Made by a program: the position numbers and the translations under genes
Notes under the pieces: generated by a model
Told to the model about the DNA's origin: nothing
What the model saw: the letters and a program-made list of their open reading frames with translations, nothing else
The model's database searches: none
From: an uncultured delta proteobacterium
GTDB taxonomy: Bacteria; Desulfobacterota; Syntrophia; Syntrophales; UBA2192
Direction of reading: 5' to 3'
Length of the DNA: 36,711 nucleotides
Assembly (NCBI GenBank): GCA_963705165.1
Contig: CAVPJD010000015.1
Coordinates: 1 to 36,711 of the forward strand
Shown: positions 28,709 to 36,711 of the stretch, one piece after another
Layout: each line of letters opens with the position of its first letter
Position numbering within the stretch: the stretch's first letter is position 1

Positions 28709-30682
28709 ATGGTCAAGGACAAAGACAAGTCAAAGGAAGAGCCCAACCAGGAACTGGCGGCCCTGAAGAAACGCGTCGCCGAACTGGAACAGACCCTCCA
28801 GAACGAGCGGGATACCTTCGGGACCATCATACAGAAATCGCCCTACGGCATCCTCCTGCTCGGCGAAAAGGGGAAATTCCTTTACATCAACCCGGAGTTT
28901 GTCCGAATCACAGGCTACGCCCTCGAGGACGTCCCGACTGGAAAGGAATGGTTCCTCCAGGCCTTCCCCGATGAAAACTACCGGAACAAGGCGCTGGAGA
29001 TCTGGAAGGCGGACATGGCTGCGAACATCGTGGGAAGCGCCCGGGTGTTCCACATTTCCTGCCGGGACGGCAACATCAAGGTTCTCGAGTTCAGGGCTGC
29101 GCGCATCGACGAGAGCCGCGCCATGGTCATGCTCACCGACATCACGGACCGCAAGCGCATCGAGTACGCCCTCATCGAGAGCGAGGAGCGCTTCCGGATC
29201 CTCTCGGACAACTCCCCCGTGGGCATCGCACTGGCAAGGCCCGACGGGGTATTCGATTACATGAACCCCCGATTCACGGAAATCTTCGGTTACACCATCG
29301 AGGATTTTCCGGACAACGAGACCTTCCTGAAGCGGATCTTCCCGAACCCCTCCTACCGGGACCTCGTGCGCTACTTCTACCGGGAGGACGTGGAGAACTT
29401 CGTCAAGAGCCGCAAGGTGGGCGAGCGGGTCGTCACGGTCCGCACGCGCGGCGGATCCGACCGGATCATGCACTCCCGGATGGTGATCCTCGGCAACGGC
29501 AAGCAACTCATGACCTTCGAGGACATCACGGACATCAAGAAGATGGAGGCCGAGCTCTTCCACGCCCAGAACATGGAGGCCGTGGCCACCCTGGCCGGCG
29601 GGATCGCGCATGCCTTCAACAACATCCTCATGGGCATCCAGGGCTATACGGCCCTGATGATCTCGGAGACCAAGGCCGACCACCCCGCCTACAGCCGACT
29701 CAAGCGGATCGAAAAACAGGTAAAAAGCGGATCCGACCTCACGAGCCAGCTTCTGGCCTTTTCCAGCGGCGGCCGCTACGAGGTCAAGCCCTGCAGCATG
29801 AACGACCTCATCGAGAAGACCTCAAACGCCTTCGGGCAGACCCGCAAGGACATCAAGATCCACAAGGCGCTCGAGACCGACATCTGGGCCGTGGAAATCG
29901 ACCAGGCCCAGATCGAGCAGGTCCTCATCAATCTCTACGTGAACGCCCAGCAGGCCATGCCTGGCGGGGGGGATGTGACCCTGAAGACGCGCAACGTCAC
30001 CCTCGACGAGGCCTACGTCCGGAACTACAAGGTCAAGCCGGGCAATTACGTGATGCTCACCGTGACGGACACGGGGGTGGGAATCGACGACCGGGCCAAG
30101 GAGCGGATCTTCGAGCCCTTCTTCACGACCCGCGAAATGGGTCACGGGCGGGGCCTGGGGCTTGCCTCGGCCTACGGCATCATCCGCGGGCACCAGGGGA
30201 TCATCAACATCTACAGCGAGGAGGGCCAGGGGACGACCTTCAACATCTTCCTGCCGGCCACGGAGAAGACAGCCGTCAAGGAAACGGTGCCCCCCAAGGG
30301 GCTGCTGGTGGGAAGCGAGACAATCCTCTTCGTCGACGACGAAGACGTGATCATCGATGTCAACCGGGAGATTCTGGAATCGCTGGGCTACAAGGTTGTG
30401 GCGGCCAAGAGCGGGCAGGAGGCCCTCGAAGTGTACCGGAAGCTCCAGAGCAAGATCAACCTCATCATCCTGGACATGATCATGCCGGGGATGGACGGAG
30501 AGGCCACCTACGACAGCCTGAAAAAGGTCAACCCCGAGATCCGCGTGATCCTGTCGAGCGGGTACAGCAAGAACGAACAGGCGAAGGCCATCCTCGAGAA
30601 GGGGTGCCAGGCCTTCATCCAGAAGCCCTTCAGCATCAGCGACCTGTCCATGACGATCCGGCAGGTGCTGGACAAAAAATAA
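28709..30682 (+). CDS. Cytoplasmic PAS-PAS hybrid histidine kinase / response regulator (CckA-like architecture)
   Basis: Two PAS domains. H-box GGIAHAFNN, N-box NLYVNA, DTGVG, FEPFFTT, GLGL. Receiver FVDDE..LDMIMPGMDG..FIQKPF. Confidence 0.93.
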   Translation: MVKDKDKSKEEPNQELAALKKRVAELEQTLQNERDTFGTIIQKSPYGILLLGEKGKFLYINPEFVRITGYALEDVPTGKEWFLQAFPDENYRNKALEIWKADMAANIVGSARVFHISCRDGNIKVLEFRAARIDESRAMVMLTDITDRKRIEYALIESEERFRILSDNSPVGIALARPDGVFDYMNPRFTEIFGYTIEDFPDNETFLKRIFPNPSYRDLVRYFYREDVENFVKSRKVGERVVTVRTRGGSDRIMHSRMVILGNGKQLMTFEDITDIKKMEAELFHAQNMEAVATLAGGIAHAFNNILMGIQGYTALMISETKADHPAYSRLKRIEKQVKSGSDLTSQLLAFSSGGRYEVKPCSMNDLIEKTSNAFGQTRKDIKIHKALETDIWAVEIDQAQIEQVLINLYVNAQQAMPGGGDVTLKTRNVTLDEAYVRNYKVKPGNYVMLTVTDTGVGIDDRAKERIFEPFFTTREMGHGRGLGLASAYGIIRGHQGIINIYSEEGQGTTFNIFLPATEKTAVKETVPPKGLLVGSETILFVDDEDVIIDVNREILESLGYKVVAAKSGQEALEVYRKLQSKINLIILDMIMPGMDGEATYDSLKKVNPEIRVILSSGYSKNEQAKAILEKGCQAFIQKPFSISDLSMTIRQVLDKK

Positions 30683-30723
30683 GGCGGCCACCCTGCCGGG
30701 AGGCCGCCGATCTTTGCTTTTTT
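30683..30723. terminator. Hairpin between the convergent kinase and FmdB genes
   Basis: GGCGGCC...GGCCGCC, followed by a T-rich tract on + and preceded by an A-rich tract. Confidence 0.5.
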
Positions 30724-30733
30724 GCAAGTCCGA

Positions 30734-31033
30734 TCAGGACTTGTCGTCCGACGTCGAGGATGTCGTTGTAGACGCCGATTCGGACCCCGCCGTCGCGGTC
30801 TCGCTTTTCGCGGTCGTCTCGCTCTTCACAGCGGTCTCGATGGCAGGCGCCTTTCGTCCGCCGTAATCCGTCACATACCACCCGCTTCCCTTCAGGTGAA
30901 ACGAGGAAACCGACATCAGCTTCGTCACGGCACCTTTGCAGAACTTGCAGCTTTTGAGCTCAGGGGCCGTGATCGACTGCACCGCCTCGAACTCCTTGTT
31001 GCATTTCCTGCAGCGGTATTCATAAATCGGCAT
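30734..31033 (-). CDS. FmdB family zinc-ribbon protein
   Basis: MPIYEYRCRKC...CKFC...FHLKGSGWYVTDY with a Ser/Thr-rich tail. RBS GGAGG. Confidence 0.9.
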   Translation of the reverse strand: MPIYEYRCRKCNKEFEAVQSITAPELKSCKFCKGAVTKLMSVSSFHLKGSGWYVTDYGGRKAPAIETAVKSETTAKSETATAGSESASTTTSSTSDDKS

Positions 31034-31054
31034 GATAACAACCTCCGCGAAAAA

Positions 31055-31579
31055 TCAATTAAACGATTCCAGCAAATCGAATCTGTTGCTGAAACAATCG
31101 AGCACGAGCCCCATGTCTTTGTCCGACACAGGATTAAGCGCGCTCCGGGTGATCTCGTTGACCTTCTCCTCCTCCTGCAGCCTCTCGACCTGGGGGACAT
31201 TGAAGTCGGCCTGCCCGCTTCCGAAGCGGATCACGTGCACAAGCTCGTGCACGGCAATGTAGAGCATGAGGGACTCGAGCCGGATGAACGAGTGGGCCCT
31301 CTCGACGGCGTTCAGGATCCGGTTGTCCTGAAGGCATATCCGGTAGAAATCGTAGCTCCTGGCCTGTTCGGCCGGTTCTTCCTTCCGGATCGAGTATTTG
31401 CAAAGATGGGCAAAGGCTTTCTCGTCGACCTCGTGGGCCTCAAGATGGGCCAGCGTCCTCAAATCGTAACGCTGGGTCCTCATTTGAGCCTCGGTCAGGT
31501 GGAAGTAGCGGCCGGCAAGCCGCTCCGCTTGGCCGAAAACCCCTTTGATTTTGCTCATTTGGAGGGGACTGAAGTACAT
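31055..31579 (-). CDS. Hypothetical protein with an HExxH (HELVH) metal-binding motif
   Basis: YIAVHELVHVIRF plus a distal EEEKV. Start is ATG 31579 (better RBS spacing) or 31603. Confidence 0.75.
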   Translation of the reverse strand: MYFSPLQMSKIKGVFGQAERLAGRYFHLTEAQMRTQRYDLRTLAHLEAHEVDEKAFAHLCKYSIRKEEPAEQARSYDFYRICLQDNRILNAVERAHSFIRLESLMLYIAVHELVHVIRFGSGQADFNVPQVERLQEEEKVNEITRSALNPVSDKDMGLVLDCFSNRFDLLESFN

Positions 31580-31619
31580 AATAAGCCTCTGCCTCCCGTA
31601 CATCCCTCAATAGCCAGAT

Positions 31620-31649
31620 ATAATATAATATTTCTATTGGTTATGTCAA
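31620..31649 (-). promoter_or_regulatory. Sigma70-like promoter for the HExxH-fmdB pair
   Basis: Minus strand TTGACA-16 nt-TATATT (or 18 nt to TATTAT), in an AT-rich patch. Confidence 0.6.
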
Positions 31650-31710
31650 TCACCGGCAACGCACCTTCTGATAACTAGCTGAAGTATTTGATTATTTATT
31701 AGTGATGCGC

Positions 31711-31815
31711 AGGTATCAGGTGACAGGTCATAGGTGTCAGGGCATGGACTGCAGGGTGTATCTTTTACCTTTTACCTGTTACCTGTTACCTTTTACCTGT
31801 TGCCTGTAGCCTGAC
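31711..31815. repeat. 7-nt periodic inverted repeats
   Basis: AGGTATC AGGTGAC AGGTCAT AGGTGTC against TTTACCT TTTACCT GTTACCT GTTACCT TTTACCT GTTGCCT GTAGCCT. Confidence 0.8.
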
Positions 31816-31827
31816 GCCCTTCGGGCG

Positions 31828-32892
31828 TCACAGGGGTCCTTTCTTCGTGCGATGCGCCTCGAGGGAAAACTCGATGATCCGGCTGATGAGGTCCGTCTGG
31901 CTCAGGCCCTCGGCGGCTGCCTGGTGAAAGAGGACCGTCGACGGTGTCATGCCGGGCAGGGTGTTGGGCTCCAGGACGAGGATGCGCTCGTCGCAGACGA
32001 ACATGTCGATGCGCGAGTAGGCCCTGAGGCCGAGGACCTTGTAGGCTTTCACGGCGGTGTCCTGGATTTTCCGGAGCATCTCCTCGGGAACCCTGGCAGG
32101 GGTCTTGTTCTCCCCCTGGCCGTAGAGAAACTTGTCCTCGAGCGAAAGGATGTCCTGCGTCGGGATGGTCTCCGACGGGGTGAGCGCCCGCGGTTCTTCG
32201 TTGCCGAGGACCCCGCAGGTCACCTCCATCCCGGTGATGAACTCTTCGACAACGGCCACACTGTCCCACTCGAAGGCCGAGGCCAGTGCGTCGGGGATGC
32301 CGGCGGGGGAGACGACCTTCTTCACGGCCGTGCTGCACCCCTCGCGAGTGGGCTTCACGACGCAGGGAAAGCCGATGTCTGTCTCGATCCTTTTCACGAT
32401 TGCCTTTCGCTCGCTGCCATCCCAGGCCCGCCTGTCGACGGGCACCGTCTTCGGCACATCGATTCCGCTCATGGCGAGGACATTCCGCGACGTGAACTTG
32501 TCCATGCCCAGGGCCGAACCGAGAACGCCGGAGCCGCTGTAAGGGATCCTGAGAAGCTCCAGGAGCCCCTGGAGGGTGCCGTCCTCACCGTATTTGCCGT
32601 GCAGGCCGATGCAGATAAAATCGAAGCGATCCTTCAGGGCCTCGTAAGGCAGCGGCTTGGCCTCCTCGTGGAGGTCGATTTCGATGTCCGCTGTGCTGTT
32701 TCGCATGACGAGCTTGATCGGGATTTCCCAGAAGGCACACCGGCTGTCCATGAAAACCGGTACGGGATCGAATTTCTTCCGGTCCATCTTGCTGAAGATG
32801 TTGCGGCCGCTCTCGAGGGATACCTCTCTCTCCGAGGAAACTCCCCCCAGGATGACGCCGACCCTGAGCTTGCCTGAATTCTCTGCTGCCAT
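31828..32892 (-). CDS. ddl: D-alanine--D-alanine ligase family protein (paralogue B; GCS and KF variant)
   Basis: GGVSSEREVSLESG, LHGKYGEDG, MDKF, VVKPTREGCS, RIDMF and EPNTLPGMT. Confidence 0.9.
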   Translation of the reverse strand: MAAENSGKLRVGVILGGVSSEREVSLESGRNIFSKMDRKKFDPVPVFMDSRCAFWEIPIKLVMRNSTADIEIDLHEEAKPLPYEALKDRFDFICIGLHGKYGEDGTLQGLLELLRIPYSGSGVLGSALGMDKFTSRNVLAMSGIDVPKTVPVDRRAWDGSERKAIVKRIETDIGFPCVVKPTREGCSTAVKKVVSPAGIPDALASAFEWDSVAVVEEFITGMEVTCGVLGNEEPRALTPSETIPTQDILSLEDKFLYGQGENKTPARVPEEMLRKIQDTAVKAYKVLGLRAYSRIDMFVCDERILVLEPNTLPGMTPSTVLFHQAAAEGLSQTDLISRIIEFSLEAHRTKKGPL

Positions 32893-32977
32893 ACACCGTT
32901 CCTTACCGTGGTTTAATGCCGGAAACTATAGTGAAAATGCTCCCGTTTGTAAAGCCCTACGAGCACCCTTTACCTTG

Positions 32978-33108
32978 CCTCTCCCCTCCCCTCCGTGGGA
33001 GAGGGTTGAGGGGATCCTTCGACAAGCTCAGGATGACGTTTCTACTTGCCATGGTGAGCCTGTCGAACCATCACCCACCCTGACCCTCTCCCCTCAAGGG
33101 AGAGGGAA
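32978..33108. repeat. Nested REP-like palindromes between the ddl paralogues
   Basis: Outer GGGAGAGGGTTGAGGG / CCCTGACCCTCTCCC arms enclose inner TTCGACAAGCTCA (33018-33030) / TGAGCCTGTCGAA (33055-33067). Confidence 0.75.
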
Positions 33109-33214
33109 AGTATGGAATGGGCCTTCATAGGGGGACGGAAGGGGGATTTTCTTTGCCTTTTTTGCTGTTGGCTGCAGGCTGTCGGCTGTTGGCTATTACC
33201 TGTTACCTCTACCC

Positions 33215-34270
33215 TCATAAGGGTCCCTTCTTCTCCTTGTGGATTCTCATCGCAGTCTCGATAAGTTTCGAGACGATCATGCCGGGCAGCATCCCCTGCT
33301 CGGCGGCCTGCTCGAAGAAGAAGGATGAGGGCGCCATGCCCGACGAGGAGTTCGGGTCCGTGATAAGGACCCGGCCGTCCTTGAGGACGAAGCCGTCGAT
33401 CCGGCCATAGCAGCGGAAGCCCAGGGCTTTGTAGGCCCTCACGACATCGATCTTGATCTTCTCCGACACATCCTTCGCGATCGTCTTGGGCGGCGTGAAT
33501 TTCCGGCAGCGGCCCGGCATGTACTTGTCGTCGTAAGAGAAATACTCGCTCTGGGGATGGATTTCCGTCAGAGAGAGCGGCCGGGGCTCCCCCTCGTCCT
33601 CGAGGACGATGCAGGAGAACTCCGTCCCGTCGAGGAACTCCTCCACGAGCACTGTCCGGTCCCACTCCAGGGCCGAAGCCATCGCGGCGTCGAGACCCTC
33701 AGGTTTGCGCACGACGGTGACGCCGATGCTGGAACCCTCCCGTACGGGTTTCGTCACCAGGGGAAGGCCGAACTCTCCGATGAGGCGCTGCCGGACGGCG
33801 TCCGAATTCTCCTTCCACTCGCGCTCCTCGACCACGGTGCTCACAGGCACACCGAGTCCCTCGGCACGCAGGATCTTCTGCTGGATGTCCTTGTCCATCC
33901 CGATGGCCGAGGCCAGGATGCCCGGTCCCGTGTAGGGAATGTTTAGAAGCTCGAGAAGGCCCTGGATGCAGCCGTCGTCGCCGTACTTGCCGTGCAGGGC
34001 GATGAAGGCGAAGTCGATCCGCCCCTTCAGGTCCTGGTAAGCGATCCGTTCGGCCTCCGTCGCGAGGCGCTCCGAGATGTCCTTCGTCGTGTTCTGGGAG
34101 ATGAGCTGCCAGGGCAGGACCCACAGGCGGCCGCCGGGCTCCATGAAGACGGGGACCGGCTCGAATTGTTCCCGGTCCATGTTGTCGTAGACGTTTCGAC
34201 CGCTGTTGAGGGAGACCTCCTTCTCGGAGGACATCCCGCCGAAGATGATGCCGACTCGTAATTTGTCCAT
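33215..34270 (-). CDS. ddl: D-alanine--D-alanine ligase family protein (paralogue A; GSS and KY variant)
   Basis: GGMSSEKEVSLNSG, LHGKYGDDG, MDKD, KPVREGSSIGV, YDDKY, GRIDGF and DPNSSSGM. Confidence 0.9.
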   Translation of the reverse strand: MDKLRVGIIFGGMSSEKEVSLNSGRNVYDNMDREQFEPVPVFMEPGGRLWVLPWQLISQNTTKDISERLATEAERIAYQDLKGRIDFAFIALHGKYGDDGCIQGLLELLNIPYTGPGILASAIGMDKDIQQKILRAEGLGVPVSTVVEEREWKENSDAVRQRLIGEFGLPLVTKPVREGSSIGVTVVRKPEGLDAAMASALEWDRTVLVEEFLDGTEFSCIVLEDEGEPRPLSLTEIHPQSEYFSYDDKYMPGRCRKFTPPKTIAKDVSEKIKIDVVRAYKALGFRCYGRIDGFVLKDGRVLITDPNSSSGMAPSSFFFEQAAEQGMLPGMIVSKLIETAMRIHKEKKGPL

Positions 34271-34271
34271 T

Positions 34272-34381
34272 CAGTCTATCCGGTCTATCCAGTCTATCCG
34301 GTCCAAATCCCCCTTTCGTAAAGGGGGAAAGAGGGGGATTTTTCCTTGCCCTGTACCCTTGACCCTTGACCCTGAACCCTG
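34272..34381. repeat. Composite repeat: 9-nt tandem, REP-like hairpin, 7-nt tandem
   Basis: CAGTCTATC CGGTCTATC CAGTCTATC, then AAATCCCCCTTTCGTAAAGGGGGAAAGAGGGGGATTTTT, then CCCTGTA CCCTTGA CCCTTGA CCCTGAA. Confidence 0.8.
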
Positions 34382-34385
34382 TCTT

Positions 34386-36356
34386 TTATAGATCCCAAAG
34401 GAACGTGACGCCGCTGTTCGGGAAGATCCACTCGTCGTCGCTGATCCGGAGCCGGATCTGCTTCCCCTCCTCTTTCGTCACCTCGGGGTAGGGGTGCTTG
34501 CCGGCGAAGAAGCTGATCTCGCGGAGGTTCTTCAGGTCCATCCCCTCGTAGTTGAAAGCGATGTCGAGCCCACGTGTGGGGTAGACGAGGAAGACCGAGA
34601 AAAGGTTGTTGCTCCGGAATTTCTTCGTCTCGATCTCGATCTTCATCCGGACCTGGCGGTTGAGCTTTTTGCGCAGCGAATCGCCTCCTCCGCACCAGAT
34701 CTCGAAACCGCGATCCGTCGTCTCGGAGCGGACGATGGGGACGGCCTCGTTGTCCACGCAGACGCGCACCAGCCGGAAGTCGCTCTCCCGGAACGTCTCG
34801 TCGCGCGTCGGGAGCAGCCACCGGTACTCGCAGCGCGGGTCGTCGAAGAGCAGCGAGAGCTGCCGGTTGCTCAGCGCGCAGCCGATGAGGAAGATGGAAT
34901 TGCGCAGGGTCTTCGTGTACTCGATGTGCGTCGAGACCTTGAAGAAATTCTCCGCCTGGCTGTCCTGCGCCTTCTCGGCGGCCGTGAAATCGGCGACCTT
35001 GATGTCGTAGCGGAAGTTGGTACGCAGCTCCAGCTGCCGGTCTTCCTTCCCGAAGAGGGCCTCGAACATCTCGTAGTAGATGGCATCGCCCAGCTCGGTG
35101 CTTTTGGCCCGCGTCTGGAAGCAGCGGCGGATGACGTTGTCGATTCGCGAGATCGACTTCACCTCGTCGGGGATGAAGATGCGCCTGAGGCGCGGCTCGA
35201 CGCTGTCGGCCCTGCCCTTCTGGATGAAAACCCGGGGGGCACGCTTGCCCAGGGCGCAGAGGACCTCGTAGCTGATCGTCTTCGCCTTGGCGGCGATGTC
35301 GTTTGCGGGGATGTACTCGCCGCCCTGCCTGCCCAAAAGCACCACCTCGTCGCCCACCACGCAATCCGCAATGCCCGTCACGTCCAGCGTGCACATGTCC
35401 ATGGAGACGCGGCCGACGAGGGGCACGCGTTTGCCGCGGATGAGGGCCTCCCCCTGGTTGGACATGATGACACCGTAGCCGTCGCCATAGCCCACGGGGA
35501 TCGTGGCGATCCGGGTCGGCTTCTTCGTGACGTAGGTGCGGTTGTACCCGATCCCGTAGCCCTTGGGAAACTCTTTCAGGAGCGCGACCTTCGTCTTGAA
35601 GCTCATCACGGGCAGCAGGTCAGCCTTCGCCTTGAGGCTCTCGGAGGGGTAGATCCCGTAGGACATGATTCCGGGGCGGACCATGTCCAGGTGGAATTGC
35701 TTGAAGTTCAGCAGGCCGCCGCTGTTGGCCAGGTGCTTTACAGGGATGTAGATCCGGTTCTCCTCGAGCTTCTTCAGGAGCGCCAGGAAGAGATCCCATT
35801 GCTTCTCGTTGTAGTCATCCCCCTCGACTTCGCTCGAGGAGAGGTGCGTGAAGATGCCCTCGACGGCGAGGTTCGGAAACTCGAGGACCTCCTCGATCGT
35901 CCGGAAGGCCTCGCTGTGGATCGTGCCGCCGCGGCCCATGCCCGTGTCCACCTCGATGTGGATGGGCATCTTGGCCTGCGCTTTTTTCACTTTTTTCTGA
36001 AGCTCGCGGGCAAAGCCGAGGTCGGAGACGGAGGGGGTGAGGTTGTACTTGATGATCTCGTCGATCTCGAGGCCCATGGAGGGGCTCAGGATGAGGATCG
36101 GCGCGTCGATGCCGCCCACGCGCAGCTGGACTCCCTCGTCGGCGTTGGCGACCCCCAGGAAGTAGGCGCCGTTTTTCAGGGCCACGTTGGAGATCTCGAT
36201 GGCCCCGTGGCCGTAGGCGTCGGCCTTCACCACCGAGAGGATCTTCACGTCGGGCCCCACGAGCCTGCGCATCTCGCTCCAGTTGTGCGTGAAGTTGTCC
36301 AGGTCGACCTCGACCCAGCTGCGGTAATTAAGCCCGTCGCCCTTTTGATTGCTCAT
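34386..36356 (-). CDS. alr: Alanine racemase with a ~275-aa C-terminal extension
   Basis: VVKADAYGHG (PLP Lys), DTGMGR, GIFTH, NSGG, MVRPGI, IGYNRTY (catalytic Tyr), PVGYGDG, GRVSMD and TISYEVLC. The frame stays open about 275 aa past the usual end. Confidence 0.92.
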   Translation of the reverse strand: MSNQKGDGLNYRSWVEVDLDNFTHNWSEMRRLVGPDVKILSVVKADAYGHGAIEISNVALKNGAYFLGVANADEGVQLRVGGIDAPILILSPSMGLEIDEIIKYNLTPSVSDLGFARELQKKVKKAQAKMPIHIEVDTGMGRGGTIHSEAFRTIEEVLEFPNLAVEGIFTHLSSSEVEGDDYNEKQWDLFLALLKKLEENRIYIPVKHLANSGGLLNFKQFHLDMVRPGIMSYGIYPSESLKAKADLLPVMSFKTKVALLKEFPKGYGIGYNRTYVTKKPTRIATIPVGYGDGYGVIMSNQGEALIRGKRVPLVGRVSMDMCTLDVTGIADCVVGDEVVLLGRQGGEYIPANDIAAKAKTISYEVLCALGKRAPRVFIQKGRADSVEPRLRRIFIPDEVKSISRIDNVIRRCFQTRAKSTELGDAIYYEMFEALFGKEDRQLELRTNFRYDIKVADFTAAEKAQDSQAENFFKVSTHIEYTKTLRNSIFLIGCALSNRQLSLLFDDPRCEYRWLLPTRDETFRESDFRLVRVCVDNEAVPIVRSETTDRGFEIWCGGGDSLRKKLNRQVRMKIEIETKKFRSNNLFSVFLVYPTRGLDIAFNYEGMDLKNLREISFFAGKHPYPEVTKEEGKQIRLRISDDEWIFPNSGVTFLWDL

Positions 36357-36480
36357 GGCAAGCCCGTTGCGTCCTTCATCGGGTTGAGACCCGGAAATGG
36401 CGGACTAATCCCCCCGGACAATCCGCCCGAAACGTTATCAGAAAAAAGGGGGATTGCAAAGGGTGAAGATAGTTTCGATC

Positions 36481-36509
36481 TTGACAAAGAGGGGGGTTGG
36501 GTTTATAAG
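36481..36509 (+). promoter_or_regulatory. Sigma70 promoter of tRNA-Thr
   Basis: TTGACA-17 nt-TATAAG. Confidence 0.7.
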
Positions 36510-36532
36510 TTTCCCTTCGAAATGGACAGCAG

Positions 36533-36608
36533 GCCGATGTAGCTCAGCCGGTAGAGCAGCTGATTCGTAATCAGCAGGTCTGGGGTTCGAATCCCCACAT
36601 CGGCTCCA
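36533..36608 (+). tRNA. tRNA-Thr (anticodon CGT)
   Basis: Acceptor stem GCCGATG/CATCGGC, anticodon arm GCTGA-TTCGTAA-TCAGC, T-loop GGTTCGAATCC and encoded CCA. 76 nt. Confidence 0.97.
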
Positions 36609-36616
36609 GATAGACG

Positions 36617-36655
36617 GAAAAGGCGCAATCCCAATGGATTGCGCCTTTTCTGTTT
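36617..36655 (+). terminator. Intrinsic terminator after the tRNA
   Basis: GAAAAGGCGCAATCC-CAAT-GGATTGCGCCTTTTC followed by TGTTT. Confidence 0.85.
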
Positions 36656-36711
36656 GAAGACCCTATCCTTCTGTCTGTCACTCCTGCGGAACAGCCTTCG
36701 TTCCTACGCCG

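Noticed and set aside
31711..31815. Short repeat arrays as a CRISPR array
   Set aside because: Units are 7-9 nt and contiguous, with no unique spacers and no cas genes.
31828..36356. Acquired van-type glycopeptide-resistance cluster
   Set aside because: No vanH, vanX, vanY or vanRS and no mobility genes. Codon bias matches the rest of the window, so it is treated as a native alr-ddl-ddl locus.
34494..36542. 682-aa plus-strand ORF
   Set aside because: Antisense shadow of the extended alr. No recognisable motifs.
36533..36711. tRNA-Thr as an integration site for a mobile element
   Set aside because: No integrase or duplicated tRNA 3' end in the window. Only about 100 nt of downstream sequence is visible.

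Overview
GC-rich chromosomal window. The gene content suggests an anaerobic deltaproteobacterium, Syntrophales-like (inference). From left to right it holds: (1) a leucine/isovalerate-type cluster on the minus strand (methylcrotonyl-CoA carboxyltransferase, crotonase, partial HMG-CoA lyase); (2) mazG, DUF2065 and queA-tgt-yajC-secD-secF-DUF456-lepB; (3) an orphan peptide-binding lipoprotein and a frameshifted Ddl-like ATP-grasp gene; (4) a MarR regulon with two visible operators; (5) an ArsS-type radical SAM gene, a stand-alone GMP synthase ATPPase subunit and thrC; (6) a selenium island (LysR divergent from a Tat-signal DsrE protein, selD and a PrdB/GrdB-like gene); (7) two DUF4124 paralogues, a hydrolase, a PAS hybrid kinase, an FmdB zinc ribbon and an HExxH protein; (8) an alr-ddl-ddl operon and tRNA-Thr(CGT). 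Three genes that the ORF track breaks at TGA (arsS-like, selD, prdB-like) read as selenoproteins, each with a SECIS-like hairpin. The alanine racemase has a ~275-aa C-terminal extension of unknown function. One Ddl paralogue carries substitutions associated with D-Ala-D-Lac synthesis. Many intergenic spaces contain 7-9-nt periodic inverted repeats and REP-like hairpins. All family assignments come from motif recognition, not database searches.
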